Positions 36,526 through 38,652 of a stretch of DNA of 38,652 nucleotides are shown here, in pieces; the first letter of the stretch is position 1, and every line of letters begins with the position of its first letter. The position numbers and the translations under genes were made by a program. This DNA comes from a virus (taxonomy: Duplodnaviria > Heunggongvirae > Uroviricota > Caudoviricetes). A model generated the notes under the pieces. That model saw nothing but the letters and a program-made list of their open reading frames with translations, was not told the DNA's origin and ran no database searches. The stretch is taken from the IMG/VR virus record IMGVR_UViG_2671180727_000010; one strand, given 5' to 3'.

Positions 36526-37229
36526 CAGCGCACCTCACCATCTTTATGGCTGGAGTTAACTTCCGTCATTAAATGTCTGACGTAATCGACAAGAGAGCCG
36601 CCTGGTGGAATCTGGCATTCCTCAACTAACTGGAAGTAGATATCCGCTGCATTACGTGTATTGCTACCCGCGCATATTCTTTCTTCCCGAAGTGCATGAA
36701 GCTCGTTGATCAAACGGTCACACTCTCCGTTACGCTGATCCACAACGGCCTCAAGCTCTGCGACGCGTTCACCTGGCGTCTTACCTTCTTTGCGTTGGAT
36801 GGTAACGACGAAATCGCCAATTGCAGGGACGTTGTAATCCAGCTCAAGGTAGTTTTTGGCACCGCTGCGGACGAACTCACCCGCGAACATGGTGGCGAAC
36901 ATCGCAGAGGCCACTTCGCCGTTGAAAAGTGACTCCAGATCTAACGGAGTCCCGGCAGCAAGAGCCTCTTTTGCTGTATCCATTGCATCCATGAACCGAT
37001 CAAACTCACTAGCGCGCTTTTCCAGGTCTTTCCATTGCTCGCTCCAACGTTTGGCAACGAAGTCTATGAATGTTTTCGCGGATTCATCAAAATCCCCCTC
37101 AAACTTAACGATGCCTTTATCAATAATGATCTGGCCTACCGCATCCTCTGCATAACCTTTCAATGTAAACTTGAAAGGAAAATCAGAATGGCCTGTGACG
37201 TTAAAATGCTCTAACTGGAGGTTGTTCAT
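36525..37229 (-). CDS. Hypothetical protein (234 aa)
   Basis: ORF with promoter region 37230-37290 containing a GTAAATACTTAC dyad. Confidence 0.5.
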   Translation of the reverse strand: MNNLQLEHFNVTGHSDFPFKFTLKGYAEDAVGQIIIDKGIVKFEGDFDESAKTFIDFVAKRWSEQWKDLEKRASEFDRFMDAMDTAKEALAAGTPLDLESLFNGEVASAMFATMFAGEFVRSGAKNYLELDYNVPAIGDFVVTIQRKEGKTPGERVAELEAVVDQRNGECDRLINELHALREERICAGSNTRNAADIYFQLVEECQIPPGGSLVDYVRHLMTEVNSSHKDGEVR

Positions 37230-37290
37230 GTGTTTTTCTCTTATCGTTTAGTTATTACATTCTTACACAAATTAAGTAAGTATTTACCTA

Positions 37291-38508
37291 TCATTTAACG
37301 CGTTTGAAAACGTATACGCTGACTGTGATCCCTGTGTCTTCAAACTCGTTGGTAAACGACTTCCCTCTGGCATAAACGTAATTATCCATCGTCATCCAGT
37401 CCAGTATTGGCGCAGTGCCCGGCAATACTGCTACAAGACGCCCGCCGACTTTCAGATGCCCCAGCGCAGCCAGCGTGTGCTCTCTATGACGACCAAGCGA
37501 GTACGGCGGGTTCATAACGATTTTGTCGAACTGATAACCTGCGTTGTCCTCAGACCACTTTATGAAGTCGCAGCAAATCGTGTTCGTATACCCTTTTCCA
37601 CGCAGGATATCAGCGAAGAGAGGTGCGATTTCTATGCAGGTAACATCTTCCAGATCGGCGTTAATATAGGCCAGAAGATCCCCACGTCCGGCTTGAGGCT
37701 CCAGCAGCTTCTCACCAGGCTTCAATTCAGTGGCTCTGGCAACGTACTCAGCAATCAAGCGTGGGGTAGGGTAGAACTGGTGTGATTTTGTATCCGGTAT
37801 TAAACCGGTAGCCACAATCGTATTTAGCGTATGGCCGATGTCATACGGGAACTGCCAGTGCTTTTTCTCCTGCACGCCGCCAATGAAGCTCAGTGTGCGC
37901 TCAAGCTCTTCCACCTGCGACTTCTGGAGAGCTGAATCAGAGAAGTACCATACGCCTTTGTCTTTGCTCAATCGCCCGTCACGAAGCGCAGTGCGAACCG
38001 GCACGGAGATCGTCTTCTGGATTAACCCGAACTGCTTTGGTGCCCGTGTTTTTGGCGCGGTGCGACATGGCGCGGGGATTGCAGCAGGCATACTGTAAGC
38101 CAGCACCTCATTCAACTTCCAGGCCACGTCAGGATGTATTTCAAAGTGAACGTTGCCGTTCTTGAACATCTTCACGCGCATCAGATTTCCATCGACGTTC
38201 ATCCAGTCACCGGTCTGGCAGTCGTTTGCTCGATACGCAGCTGATAGCACCTCAGCAGTGCGGTTGATGGTAATAAATTCTTTGTGCGCGAAGAAATGAA
38301 GCAAGACACGCAGATCGTCGATGTAGTCCTCTTTGCGATAGTTCACGCTAACGCTGTCCCGCCAGAAATCAGAAATGCAGTCAGCGATTATCAGACGCTC
38401 GCTGAAACCGTTTGTCTTATTTGTCTTGTGCGCAGGACTCAGCGCCTTAAACAAGCCATACACGCGCTCAGAGAGATATTTGTGCCTGTCATTCAGCAAA
38501 TTAAGCAT
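37291..38508 (-). CDS. N6-adenine DNA methyltransferase (orphan) with ~200-aa N-terminal extension
   Basis: AdoMet motif LLEPQAGRGDLL and catalytic MNPPYS (motif IV) in the C-terminal half; ATG at 38508 lies only 8 bp from the IS end. Confidence 0.7.
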   Translation of the reverse strand: MLNLLNDRHKYLSERVYGLFKALSPAHKTNKTNGFSERLIIADCISDFWRDSVSVNYRKEDYIDDLRVLLHFFAHKEFITINRTAEVLSAAYRANDCQTGDWMNVDGNLMRVKMFKNGNVHFEIHPDVAWKLNEVLAYSMPAAIPAPCRTAPKTRAPKQFGLIQKTISVPVRTALRDGRLSKDKGVWYFSDSALQKSQVEELERTLSFIGGVQEKKHWQFPYDIGHTLNTIVATGLIPDTKSHQFYPTPRLIAEYVARATELKPGEKLLEPQAGRGDLLAYINADLEDVTCIEIAPLFADILRGKGYTNTICCDFIKWSEDNAGYQFDKIVMNPPYSLGRHREHTLAALGHLKVGGRLVAVLPGTAPILDWMTMDNYVYARGKSFTNEFEDTGITVSVYVFKRVK

Positions 38509-38516
38509 CGTGGGTA

Positions 38517-38652
38517 TGAACCGCCCCGGGTTTCCTGGAGAGTATTTTATCTGTGAACTCAGGCTGCCAGATCATCGTTTCCGATGGAAGCATAATAAGC
38601 TTTTTCTGCTTCTGCCGGAGGAGTATGGCCCAGCCTTTCCAGCAATCGTCGA
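38517..38652 (-). mobile_element. End of a second copy of the same IS3-family element (body lies right of the window), inverted relative to the left copy
   Basis: 38517-38614 is the reverse complement of 1-98; the IS sequence continues to the window edge; the minus strand carries the transposase C-terminus with a stop at 38501-38503 created in flanking DNA. Confidence 0.7.

Noticed and set aside
1-38652. Terminal inverted repeats as the boundaries of a site-specific invertible segment or of a linear replicon
   Set aside because: A 38-kb span is far larger than invertase-controlled segments, no invertase gene is present, and both repeats continue into transposase coding sequence.
1-38652. tRNA, tmRNA or rRNA genes
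   Set aside because: No conserved T-loop (GGTTCGAATCC-like) or cloverleaf-compatible segments were seen in the intergenic regions inspected, and no rRNA-like stretches; this was a manual scan and is not exhaustive.

Overview
This window looks like an enterobacterial chromosome segment in which the core locus metG (27903-29936, -) and apbC/mrp (30094-31194, +) is flanked on both sides by phage-derived DNA, and both window edges are ends of an IS3-family element. Positions 1-98 are the exact reverse complement of 38517-38614. The left IS copy interrupts the 3' end of a tail tape-measure gene. Left of metG is a siphovirus-type late module, all on the minus strand: terS, terL, portal, scaffold, capsid, Ig-like decoration protein, neck proteins, Ig-tagged major tail protein, G/GT chaperone and tape measure. 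Directly upstream of terS is a translationally coupled five-gene operon (two ParB/Srx-domain proteins, a stand-alone ABC ATPase, a GNAT-like protein and a small winged-helix protein), read divergently from an SF2 helicase operon. I think this operon is the best candidate for an undescribed system, but I cannot name it from sequence alone. Between that and metG lie an AT-rich three-gene cassette with its own promoter and tandem terminators, two iteron-like clusters, an ~0.8 kb A-poor noncoding region, and a run of small, often acidic genes each with its own promoter. Right of apbC are an SOS-box-controlled gene encoding a pre-truncated UmuD'-like protein, a 27-codon hydrophobic ORF, and a lambdoid-type early-region block ending in an N6-adenine methyltransferase abutting the second IS end. 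Two palindromic operator families recur across transcription units. No integrase, lysis genes, tRNA, rRNA or CRISPR array were found. All functional calls rest on motifs, synteny and my recollection of protein families; no database search was run. Motif coordinates were indexed by hand and may be off by 1-2 bp.
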